From positions 168,394,001-168,458,000 of the forward strand of contig CM059425.1 of the NCBI GenBank assembly GCA_030390025.1: 64,000 bases of DNA, written 5' to 3'. This DNA is from Squalus acanthias (taxonomy: Eukaryota). How positions within the stretch are numbered: the first letter of the stretch is position 1; every line of letters starts with the position of its first letter. Both the position numbers and the translations under genes were made by a program. Positions 12,518-22,780 of this stretch are shown piece by piece. Below the pieces are notes generated by a model. That model was given only the letters and a program-made list of their open reading frames with translations, was not told the origin of the DNA and ran no database searches.

Positions 12518-12752
12518 TGGGATTTTAATCGCTCCACCATTGGCGGCCGTGCCTTGAGCTACCTGGGCCCTAAGCGCTGGAATTCCCTCTCTAAACCTCT
12601 CTACTTCTCACTCCTCCTTTGAGATGCTCCTTAAAACCTACCTCACCTGTCTTAATATCCTCTTATGCGCCTCAGTGTTTGATAACGCTCCTGTGAAGCG
12701 CCTTTGGGAGTTTTTCTACGTTAAAGGCGCTATATAAATGCAGGTTGTTCTT
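12518..12752 (+). mobile_element. L2 LINE / L2-tailed 3' end
   Basis: ctggaattccctc...cttaaaacctacctc...ctacgttaaaggcgctatataaatgc tail, as at 54360-54570. Confidence 0.8.
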
Positions 12753-13110
12753 CTAATTACAAATTGCATTTTTGGTTTGAGTGCAAACGTGATCCACCTC
12801 TAAATCTGAAACTTAAAATTTTAAATGAAAAATAAGCAGGTATTGTTCAAAGTCCCATTGTAACATGCATATATAAACTGAAGAACCATTTTTAACCTAA
12901 TGCTTGATTTCCATCAGCAAGAACATACTTTTTTGAATGCTGAGAAATAACGAGAACAGCCAAACAAGGTGTTGGAGTCTATACAGAAACGGCTGCTGTG
13001 TGTTAAGATACAGGACTTGATTTTCCAAGTTTGTGCTGTTAGCACCAGCCACGTACACAAGCCGCCAAAGCAGGAAATCGCAGTGGGGTGCCCTTAATTT
13101 TCTGTCCACT

Positions 13111-13863
13111 AGGCCAGAAATTCAGCTCTTGTCGGGTGAGTACTCACCCGTAAGGCCACCTGAAGTGCCGGTTTCCTGCATGCACTGCGCATGTGTGGGA
13201 AACCGGAACTTCCGTTCCCCTGAAGGAAGGGGTTCAGAAGTTGAATGCGTGCGCGGGAGGGGCTGCGCGCACGCAGCGAACTTCAGGTTTTTTTTCAGGT
13301 TTCTCCGGGAGGGTAAGTATGGAGAAGCTGCACTTTTAAAAAGGAGGTGCAAGGCCTGTTTTTAACAAGGTAAGTGGTTAATTAATTACAATTTAAACAT
13401 TTTTTCAACAGGTTTATCTTTTTTAGATACTTTAAAGAAAGGTAAGTTTATTTTTAGCACTGTTAAAAAGTATAATTAATTTTTTCAAAAATTTAAATTT
13501 TTGTTTTAAGTAGTTAATTTATGTAACTTATAGTTATTTTAAAAATGTGATGTTTTTTTAAAAATTTATTTGAAGTTTAAGTGTGGTTTTGGGGCTGATC
13601 TCTATTCATAGATTTGACAGGTCTTCCTGTCAAATCTATGAATGAAAATGCCCTGTTAGGATTGGCTCTCCATGGCCCATGTGATCCCAGGGGACGCTTC
13701 GAACTAACTGCGCCCCTGGGATACGCAAGCACTGCGCGCCGGCAGCTGGAGGAGGCCCAGGAGCCGAAGTCCTCGTGGGCCCAAAGCACAACGGCAGGCG
13801 CGGTAGGCAAGTACACGCGCGATGCTTGCATCCACAGGAAGCCGGAAAGCCGAATTTCTGGCC
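13111..13863 (+). mobile_element. Harbinger-type MITE, family A
   Basis: TIRs ggccagaaattc / gaatttctggcc, GC-rich hairpin arms and AT-rich core. Homologous to 13966-14725 in opposite orientation. TSD unclear. Confidence 0.8.
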
Positions 13864-13965
13864 CAACATGTTTACTTCTGTGCTGCCTGCAACAAGCAGC
13901 TCTAAAACATAGAACAATAGTGCCTATGAAAGAGTGGTAAATGTACTGATAGCTTTGTTTATAAT

Positions 13966-14725
13966 GGCCCAGAAATTCCGTTCGCAGGCCTCCCGCGGGC
14001 GGAGGGCTGCGATCTGGAAAAATCTGCGTCTAGACCGGAGGACTCCCGGGAAGCGCAGAGTTCCGATGCTGGACCTCTCCAAACTGCCGGTGTGCAGGGC
14101 CCACATATCCCAGAGGCGCAGGCGGTTCGCAGCGTCCCTGGGATCACGTGGGCCATGGGGAGCCAATCAGAGAAGGGAATCTCCCTTCATACATTTGACA
14201 GGAAGACCTGTCAAATATATGAATAGAGATCACCCCCAAAACATAGTAAAACTTTAAATAATTTTTTTTTTTAAATCACATTTTTAAAATGACTTTAAAT
14301 TACAATAAATTAAGTATTTTAAACAAAAATTTTATTTTTTGAAAAAAATAATTAAAGTTTTTAACGGGGCTAAAAATAAACTTACCTTTCTTTAAAGTAT
14401 TTTTAAATGATAAATCAATGGAAATTTTTTTTTTTTTACTTTTTTTCAACTTTTATCCTGGTAAAAGCAGGCCTTATGCCTGCTTTTACCAGGCGCAAGA
14501 ATTGTAAGTGTTTTCTGCGGGCGGAGGGTCTCCAAAAAACGGAACTCTCCACCCGCAGAGGCCCTGCTCCCGGGCAGGCAGAGGATCTGTCAAGAGCTTT
14601 CTTGACAGATCGGAAATGCCGGTGTCCCGCGCATGCGCAGTGCATGCCTGAAACCGGCATTTCCGTTGGCCCTACGGGTGAGTACACAGTGCGTACACAC
14701 CCGTAGGGATCGGAATTTCTGCCTC
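13966..14725 (-). mobile_element. Harbinger-type MITE, family A
   Basis: TIR cagaaattccg / cggaatttctg; AAT TSD on both sides. Confidence 0.85.
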
Positions 14726-14888
14726 AATAGTTAGAGTCATAGATGAAGATTTCCACTGTGCGTGAGGTGTAACAAAATCGTATTTAATTCCTTATAAGCA
14801 CATTTACAATTTTGCTTCACTGAGTGCACAGAATAAATCTTCAGCCACTGCTACTTCATGACAAAACACAACTATTTCAAAAGACATG

Positions 14889-15989
14889 AGGCTAGAAATT
14901 CAGTATCGCCCCAGTTGGAGTGCTAAAAAGCGCCAAGCGCGAATCATTGTCAACTCCCGCGAAATTCGGTGTTAGCGCTTGAAGAAAGAAGTGGAGCGCT
15001 AAATCAAGCACTCCACTTCCTTCCTGGAGCGCTAAAGAACGCAGGCGGGGTGGTAGTGATGTAGCGCTGCACAATGTCCTGTGCAGCGCTACTGCAATCC
15101 GAGGCTCCTTCCTTCCCTTAAAAGGAAGGGTCATCACTGCCGGCTCTGCATTGGACTAGTTAGTTGGTCCCCAACGGCAGCCGCGATCCGGCCCGATCAG
15201 CCCCATGCACTCCAGCAGAGTGCCAGGCTGATCGATCGCGGCCCAGGAGCAATCGAAAAAAATCACTTGATGCGTTGTTAAAATTTTTCTCCTACCCACG
15301 CCAACATCCCCTTTTATTTGCGCCTCCAAAGCTCCCAGCTTCCCGAACAATGCCTCCTTCGCCCGCCAATGCTGCAGGGGGTGGAACCGAAGTTCAGGTC
15401 CATGCTCTACCAGGGCGATGCGCACGGCAATGACGTAACGATCTCCGGGCGCAGGAGATCGTGGTGCAAAGTGTTACCGCCGCCGCAAACCTCTCGGCCA
15501 ATTTAGCGGGAGTCGCTCATTTACATATAAAATTATGACCGGGCTAGACAGGCTGGGTGCAGGGAGGATGTTTCCCCTGGCTGAGAGGTCTAGAACGAGG
15601 GGTCACACTCTCAGGATACGGGGTAGGACATTTAAGACTGAGATGAGGAGAAATTTCTTCACTCAGAGGGTGGTGAACCTGTGGAATTCTCTACCACAGA
15701 AGGCTGTGGAGGCCAAGTCACTGAATATATTTAAGAAGGAGATAGATAGATTTCTAGACACAAAAGGCATCAAGGGGTATGGGGAGAGAGCAGGAATATG
15801 GTATTGAGATAGAGGTTCAGCCATGATCATATTGAATGGTGGAGCAGGCTCGAAGGGCCGAATGGCCTACTCCTGCTCCTATTTTTCTATGTTTCTATTT
15901 CGCCACACCTGGTCAGTAAGTCATTAGTGCACCGTTATGGCCGCCCGGAGGCGATAATGGGAGGTGCTAAGGACGCCAATTTCTAGCCC
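14889..15989 (+). mobile_element. Harbinger-type MITE, family B (gcgcta-rich), containing a CR1 3' insertion
   Basis: TIR ggctagaaatt / aatttctagcc; ATG TSD. Confidence 0.82.
15527..15899 (+). mobile_element. CR1 LINE 3' end
   Basis: TRGHTL...RRNFFTQRVVNLWNSLP and a ttctatgtttcta tail. Confidence 0.92.
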
Positions 15990-16227
15990 ATGGTCTTCAG
16001 AAAAAAAGTTCTTGGCAAAATGTTTTTTTATATCAGATTAGAAACACAATTGCATGAAAATGAACCATCACGTTACTCACTCGTGAGCGTGGTCAAAATT
16101 ACCCCTTGCCAACCAGAATAAGGCATCCCTTCAACTGGCAATTTAATAATAATGCCTAATAACTGATTTTTGTTTTTCAACAATTAATGTGATATACATA
16201 CAGTATTAATATCATAAAATCCCTATT

Positions 16228-17142
16228 TTTTTTAATTCGTTTTTTTATGGGATGTGGGCGTCGCTGGCAAAGCCAGCATTTATTGCCCATCCCTAATTGC
16301 CCTTGAGAAGGTGGTGGTGAGCCGCCTTCTTGAACCACTGCAGTCCGTGTGGTGAAGGTACTCCCACAGTGCTATTGGGTAGGGAGTTCCAGGGTTTTGA
16401 CCCAGCGACGATGAAGGATCGGCGATATACTTCTAAGTCAGGATGGTGTGTGACTTGGAGGGGAACTTGGAGATGGTGGTGTTCCCTTGCATCTGCTGCC
16501 CTTGTCCTTCTGGGTGGAAAAGGTTGCGGGTTTGGGAGGTGCTGCCGAAGAAGCCTTGGCGAGTTGCTGCAGTGCATCTTGTAGATGGTACACACTGCAG
16601 CCACGGTACGCCGGTGATGGAGGGAGTGAATGTTTAAGGTGGTGGATGGGGTGCCAATCATGTGGGCTGCTTTGTCCTGGATGGTGTCGAGCTTCTTGAG
16701 TGTTGTTGGAGCTGCACTCATCCAGGCAAGTGGCGAGTATTCCATCACACTCCTTACTTGTGCCTTGTAGATGGTGGAAAGGCTTTGGGGAGTCAGGAGG
16801 TGAGACACTCGCCACAGAATACCTAGCCTCTGACCTGCTCTTGTTGCCACAGTATTTATGTGGCTGGTCCAGTTAAGTTTCTGGTCAATAGTGACCCCCC
16901 CCCAGGATGTTGATGGTGGGAGATTCGGCGATGGTAATGCCGTTGAATGTCAAGGGGCGGTAGTTAGACCCTCGCTTGTTGGAGATAGTCATTGCCTGGC
17001 ACTTCTGTGGCGCGAATGTTACCTTCCACTTATCAGCCCAAACCTGAACGTTGTCCAGGTCTTGTTGCATGCAGGCATGGACTGCTTCATTATCTGAGGA
17101 GTTGTGAATGGCACTGAACACTGTGCAGTCATCAGCGAACAT
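16228..17142 (-). mobile_element. LINE-B 3' fragment
   Basis: MFADDCTVF through the C-terminus (HHHLLKGN*) and the family tail. Confidence 0.92.
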
Positions 17143-17251
17143 CTGGAATTGTATTCCAGAGTACTACAATTTTCCTAAAAATTAGTAATCTACACTTAGA
17201 CAGTAAATGTAACAATTCCAGGTGAAAGGTCAAGCCGTCATATAAGCATAC

Positions 17252-17446
17252 CTATATAGAGGGAACTTTTATCAATAGAGACAGAGTCATCGATGTAGGC
17301 AATCCCCAGTGTGAACAAAGGGGTTCCTCCAATCCCATGTAGCAACTGCCCCAGAAGAAACACAAGTAGAAAAGTGGAGGATTTGGGTGTAGTGGAAGGA
17401 TCGCAGTCCTGTATGGTGGAATTACTGCTAGGAAGAGCGCAGGTAT
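17252..17446 (-). CDS. SLCO4C1: SLCO4C1 internal coding exon (exon 3 equivalent), 195 bp
   Basis: ttctttcag|ATACCTGC...CTATATAG|gtatgc. Encodes DTCALPSSNSTIQDCDPSTTPKSSTFLLVFLLGQLLHGIGGTPLFTLGIAYIDDSVSIDKSSLYIG, in frame with the previous exon. Not in the ORF track. Confidence 0.95.
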   Translation of the reverse strand: MPALFLAVIPPYRTAILPLHPNPPLFYLCFFWGSCYMGLEEPLCSHWGLPTSMTLSLLIKVPSI

Positions 17447-17765
17447 CTGAAAGAAAAGAAAAACTGGTATAATTATCCTAATATTTTGAAAGCGAGCTCT
17501 CAGGAAAAGTTCCTTACCTTTTTAATATTGATCGTGGTTTTTTTTTAGGTCCTGTCGATCCCAGTGCAGATGATGCTGTATAAGTCATAATGCCAGTAGT
17601 TTTCACCCATACTTCGCCACACAGATGAAGCTCATTTGGTGCAGCACAATAGTCGAGTGAAGAACAGTTACTGAGCATAGATGGAACATGAGTCATCAGG
17701 AGATCAATGCTAGACTACAATCCTTTCCTCGGAGGCTGTAGATGATCTGACAAGCTGAAAACTTC

Positions 17766-18008
17766 GGCCTGGATTTTGAGGTAGAAATAATGGTGAGGCT
17801 ATCATTCTCACTGTTATTAAAGTGTAAATGGGACAGCAACTTCCGGTGACCGCAAATGCACAGTTAAATGCAGAAATCAGGAAGTTGCTATCCGAGTTGC
17901 CCCACTTCTCCAGAATCTGCGTTATACGGGTATCTCGCCAAGAGACTCGGCATTCAAATACATGGAATGGTATGAAGTTGCTGTACTTACACATATTGAA
18001 CATTTAAA
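17766..18008 (-). mobile_element. Truncated MITE, family C
   Basis: ggcctggattttg end; reverse-complement homology to about 33200-33428. Confidence 0.7.
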
Positions 18009-18210
18009 GGGGGAAAAATTCGGTTGCTTTGTGCCTCCCGTTAGCACACCGAGGGGGTGCTAGCGGGACGCAAAGCAACTAACGCCCAGGCATGGCACCG
18101 CTAACACCTCCTGCGAAATGCAGCAGGAGGTTAGTTGCGGCGGTGGCCGGTAGTGCCCCACAGCTCTGCGCCTCCGGTGATGATGTCTTCACCGTGTGCA
18201 GCGCCCCGGC
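18009..18210 (-). mobile_element. Truncated MITE, family B
   Basis: gggggaaaaattcggttgctttgtgcc is the reverse complement of the end at 32040-32110. Confidence 0.75.
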
Positions 18211-19000
18211 CACATTGTCAGGTAGATGCCAGTGTCATAGCTAGGGGAGCCGCTAGTTCTGGTGCATAGGTGTTCAGCACCATAGCTAGGATGTTGTCTG
18301 AACACTATGGTGATGGGGACCTTGGAAGGAAGCCGAGTGGAATTGTCTAATTGGCACTTTTCGCTGAAGATGTTGGCAAACATTTCAGCCTTGCTCCTTG
18401 CATTCACGTGCCGGGCTTTGCCATAGTTCAGGATGGTGATGTTCATGAGTCTCTTCTTCCTGTTAGTTGCCTGAACGTCCACCACCATTCTCTACTGGAA
18501 GTGGTAGGGCTATAGTACTTTACTCTGATAGGTTTTGGATTCTCTTAGCTCTATCTATAGTCTGCTGCTTCTTGTATTTAGCATACAGGTAGCCGTGTTG
18601 TAGCTTCACTAGATTGGTGCCTCATTCTAAGGTTTGTCTACCGCTGCTCCTGGGGTGATAGGTCTGTCCTTAGTCTGTCCTAGTTAGCATAGTGGTACTG
18701 TCATGCTCCACAATGGAGACTGTGCTCCATGTGAAGTTGAGACTTTGACTTCACAAGGACTGTGTGGTGGCGACTTCTGCCAATGCTATCATGGACAGAT
18801 ATGCTATGATATAATTGGCAGGAGTCCAGTAGGTTTAATTCCTCATTTTTGTTCCTTCACCACCTGAAGCAGGCCAAGCCTGGCAGTTATGTCCCTCAGG
18901 ATTCAACCATCTCAATCAGTAATGGTACTACCATGCTGCTCTGTGCCTTGCTTCCCTCAGTGCTTCCTCCAAGTGGTGTTCAACATGGACAAGTACTGAT
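18211..19000 (-). mobile_element. Old degraded LINE-B fragment
   Basis: Diverged homology to 7970-8950 (KAEMFANIFSEKCQLD). Confidence 0.7.
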
Positions 19001-19160
19001 TCTTTGCAACCAGATGGTTCTGGCACAGTATGGCTGGGTGCCTGGCAGAAAACCTGAATAGTAACCTGCTTCTGTCCCTCTAACCATGAAGGGCTTTTTA
19101 AAAACAGATGGAAAGAAAATCAGAAATTATTTCCTCTAACAAGTGGTGTTAGGATACTAT

Positions 19161-19858
19161 GGGGGGAATTTAAACCCCAAGGACGGGCAGAGGGGAGGCG
19201 GGTGGGGTGTTAAAAATGTTAAAATGGCTAACCCGACCCCAACCCACCTCCGGTTGTAATGGAGGCGGGTTCAGGAGCAGACAACTAGCCTGCTCTCCGG
19301 AGGCAGGTCTGCCATTTAAATATTTTAATAAGGCTGCTTGCCACAAACTCAACCTCTGTTTCATATTGAACTCCTGGAGGCTGGGTTTTTCAGGTCTCAG
19401 GAAACCCGGCAGCTGAAGGGAGGCAAGAACGGCTGGATGGAACAGCTAAGTGCTTTTCCAGCACTGCTTGTGGCCAGGAGGAGCAGAAATGCTTCCTGCC
19501 AGCCCCCTAAGCTACTCTGTGAATCACCCCTCAATCAGCTGACACGCCCCCATGATTGGATCCCCGGTATCCACCCCTCCCTGATGTTCGACCCCCGATA
19601 TCCGACCTCCAATGTCCAACTCACCTCCTGACCTCCGATGTTCAACTCCTCCTGACCTCCAATGTCAAATTCCCACCTACCCCATGTCAACTCACCTCCA
19701 CTCCCGCTCTGCCCCCCCGCCCAACAGCCTCTCAATCTGGCTTGCTGCAGTTTGAAAAATTTGAATCAGGCCCTGACGTTAAATTCGGCAGGACCTCTGG
19801 CCACTAAATCTCCACCCAACCCCCGCTCCCTTCGCGTCCCGCAGTTATTATCGGGGCC
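19161..19858. mobile_element. Probable Harbinger-type MITE (family D) with internal ~20-bp tandem repeats
   Basis: Begins ggggggaattt and ends ggggcc, flanked by TAT/TAT. Repeats of acctcc(a/g)atgt(c/t)caactc at about 19580-19700. TIR match is weak. Confidence 0.55.
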
Positions 19859-19911
19859 TATAGTTCGGTGCTATCGGGGTGGCATAAAACAAAAAAGGCA
19901 CGGCAGTTATC

Positions 19912-22314
19912 ATGGGTGACTTTAATATGCATATAGATTGGGCTACTCAAACTGGAAGCAATACGGTGGAGGACGATTTCCTGGAGTGTTTAAGGGATGG
20001 TTTCCTAAACCAATATGTTGAGGAACCAACTCGAGGGGAGGCCATCCTGGACTGGGTGTTGTGTAATGAGGAAGGACTAATCAGCAATCTTGTGGTACGA
20101 GGCCCCCTGGGGAAGAGTGACCATAGTATGGTGGAGTTCTACATTAGGATGGAGAAGGAAACAGTTAAGTCAGAGACCATGGTCCAGAACTTAAATAAGG
20201 GCAACTTTGAGGGTATGAGGCGTGAATTGGCGAGGTTAAATTGGCAAGCGATATTTAAGGGGCTATCAGTGGAAGGGCAATGGCAGACATTTAGAGATCG
20301 CATGGATGAACTACAACAATTGTACATCCCGGTCTGGCATAAAAATAAAAAAGGGAAGGTGGCTCAACCATGGCTAACAAGGGAAATCAGGGATAGTATT
20401 AAAACCAAGGAAGTTGCATACAAATTGGCCAGAAGTAGCAGCAAACCCGGGGACTGGGAGAACTTCAAAACTCAGCAGAGGAGGACGAAGGGTTTGATTA
20501 GGGCAGGGAAAATAAAATATGAAAGGAAGCTTGCAGAGAACATTAAAATGGACTGCAAAAGCTTCTATAAATATGTAAAAAGAAAGAGGTTAGTAAAAAC
20601 AAACGTAGGTCCCCTGCAGTCAGAAACAGGGGAAGTCGTAATGGGGAACAAGGAAATGGCAGATCAATTGAACAAGTACTTTGGTTCGGTGTTTACTGTG
20701 GAGGACACACACAACCTGCCGGAAATAAAAGGGGTCAGAGGATCTGGTAAGAGGGAGGAGCTGAGGGAAATCATTATTAGTCGGGAAAAGGTATTGGGGA
20801 AATTGATGGGACTGAAGGCTGAAAAATCCCCGGGGCCTGATGGTCTGCATCCCAGAGTACTTAAGGAGGTGGCCTTGGAAATAGTGGATGCATTGACGAT
20901 CATTTTCCAACATTCCTTAGACTCTGGATCAGTTCCGATGGAGTGGAGGGTGGCCAATGTAACCCCTCTTTTTAAAAAAGGAGCGAGGGAGAAAGTAGGG
21001 AATTATAGACCGGTCAGCCTGACATCGGTCGTGGGTAAAATGATGGAAGCAGTTATTAAAGATGTCATAACAGACCATTTGGAAAGTGGCGACATGATAG
21101 GTCCAAGTCAGCATGGATTTGTGAAAGGGAAATCATGCTTGACAAATCTTCTGGAATTTTTTGAGGATGTTTCCAATAGGGTGGACAGGGGGGAACCAGT
21201 AGATGTGGTGTATTTGGACTTTCAGAAGGCCTTCAACAAGGTCCCACACAAGAGATTGGTGAGCAAAGTTAAAGCACATGGGATTAAGGGTAATGTGTTG
21301 ACGTGGATTGAGAACTGGTTGGCACACAGGAAACAAAGAGTAGGAGTAAATGGGTACTTTTCAGAATGGCAGGCAGTAACCAGCGGGGTACCGCAGGGTT
21401 CGGTGCTGGGACCCCAGCTGTTTACATTATATATTAATGATTTGGACGAAGGGATTAAATGTAATATCTCCAAATTTGCGGATGACACTAAATTGGGAGG
21501 CAGTGTGAACAATGAGGAGGATGCTAGGAGGCTACAGAGTGACTTGGACAGGTTGGGTGAATGGGCAAATGTATGGCAGATGAAGTACAATGTGGATAAA
21601 TGTGAGGTTATCCACTTTGGTGGTAAAAATAGAGAGGCGGACTATTACTTGAATGGTGGCAGATTAGGGAAAGGGGAGGTGCAACGAGACCTGGGCATCA
21701 TGGTACATCAGTCATTGAAGGTGGGAATGCAAGTGCAGCAGGCAGTCAAGAAAGCAAACGGAATGATGGCCTTCATAGTAAGGGGATTTGAGTACAGGAG
21801 TAGGGAGGTGATGCTGCAGTTGTACAGGGCCTTGGTGAGGCCACACCTGGAGTATTGTGCGCAGTTTTGGTCTCCTAACTTAAGGAAGGACACTCTTGCT
21901 ATTGAGGGAGTGCAGCGAAGGTTCACTAGATTGATTCCTGGGATGGCCGGACTGACATATCAAGAAAGATTGGGTCAACTGAACTTGTATCCTCTGGAGT
22001 TCAGAAGAATGAGGGGGTATCTTATAGAGACATTTAAAATCCTGACTGGTTTAGACAAATTAGATGCGGGCAGAATGTTCCCAATGGTAGGGAAAACTAG
22101 AACCAGGGGTCACAGTCTAAGGATTAAGGGGAAGCCATTTAGGACTGAGCTGAGGAGGAACTTCTTCACCCAGAGAGTGGTGAATCTATGGAATTCTCTT
22201 CCACAGAAGGTTGTTGAGGCCAGTTCGCTAAATATATTCAAAAGGGAGTTAGATATAACACTCACAACTAGGGGGATCAAGGGGTATGGCGAGAAAGCAG
22301 GAATGGGGTACTGA
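19912..22314 (+). CDS. CR1 LINE ORF2 (5'-truncated endonuclease + RT), 800-aa open frame; element about 19880-22420
   Basis: [30 protein letters not shown] and FADD motifs; followed by a CR1 3' UTR and a (tttctatg)n tail. Confidence 0.95.
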   Translation: MGDFNMHIDWATQTGSNTVEDDFLECLRDGFLNQYVEEPTRGEAILDWVLCNEEGLISNLVVRGPLGKSDHSMVEFYIRMEKETVKSETMVQNLNKGNFEGMRRELARLNWQAIFKGLSVEGQWQTFRDRMDELQQLYIPVWHKNKKGKVAQPWLTREIRDSIKTKEVAYKLARSSSKPGDWENFKTQQRRTKGLIRAGKIKYERKLAENIKMDCKSFYKYVKRKRLVKTNVGPLQSETGEVVMGNKEMADQLNKYFGSVFTVEDTHNLPEIKGVRGSGKREELREIIISREKVLGKLMGLKAEKSPGPDGLHPRVLKEVALEIVDALTIIFQHSLDSGSVPMEWRVANVTPLFKKGAREKVGNYRPVSLTSVVGKMMEAVIKDVITDHLESGDMIGPSQHGFVKGKSCLTNLLEFFEDVSNRVDRGEPVDVVYLDFQKAFNKVPHKRLVSKVKAHGIKGNVLTWIENWLAHRKQRVGVNGYFSEWQAVTSGVPQGSVLGPQLFTLYINDLDEGIKCNISKFADDTKLGGSVNNEEDARRLQSDLDRLGEWANVWQMKYNVDKCEVIHFGGKNREADYYLNGGRLGKGEVQRDLGIMVHQSLKVGMQVQQAVKKANGMMAFIVRGFEYRSREVMLQLYRALVRPHLEYCAQFWSPNLRKDTLAIEGVQRRFTRLIPGMAGLTYQERLGQLNLYPLEFRRMRGYLIETFKILTGLDKLDAGRMFPMVGKTRTRGHSLRIKGKPFRTELRRNFFTQRVVNLWNSLPQKVVEASSLNIFKRELDITLTTRGIKGYGEKAGMGY

Positions 22315-22780
22315 GGTAGCATGTTCAGCCATGAACGCATTGAATGGCGGTGCAGGCTCGAAGGACCGAATGGTCTACTCCTGTACCTATTTTCTATGTT
22401 TCTATGTTTCTATATGTTTCTAAAAATGAAGTAAACAGAATAAATAATAAATACAATAATTCATGAATAAAGAATAAAAATCAAGGGTTCTGGGAATGCA
22501 AACACCGGCACAGATATCCACCAACCCACATCATCAAACTACAAATAACAAAAGGAAGGATGATAGAAAATATTGAATACTAGGTTTAAGCTAATATATA
22601 TAATTATTATAACCAACATGGGTCATCTGATGCACTATCTTGCATTCATGCTTCTGCCGAGTTCCTGTCTTTTGAAATTTACTGCCATCTAAATCCCTTG
22701 ACATCTGGAAATTGACATCAAAGACACCATAAGGCAGCTGCTGTAGAGGACCAGCTCACTGAAAAGAAAGAAGTAATACT

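Noticed and set aside
19580..19700. Short direct repeats as a CRISPR-like array
   Set aside because: Degenerate tandem repeats with no unique spacers, inside a eukaryotic MITE.
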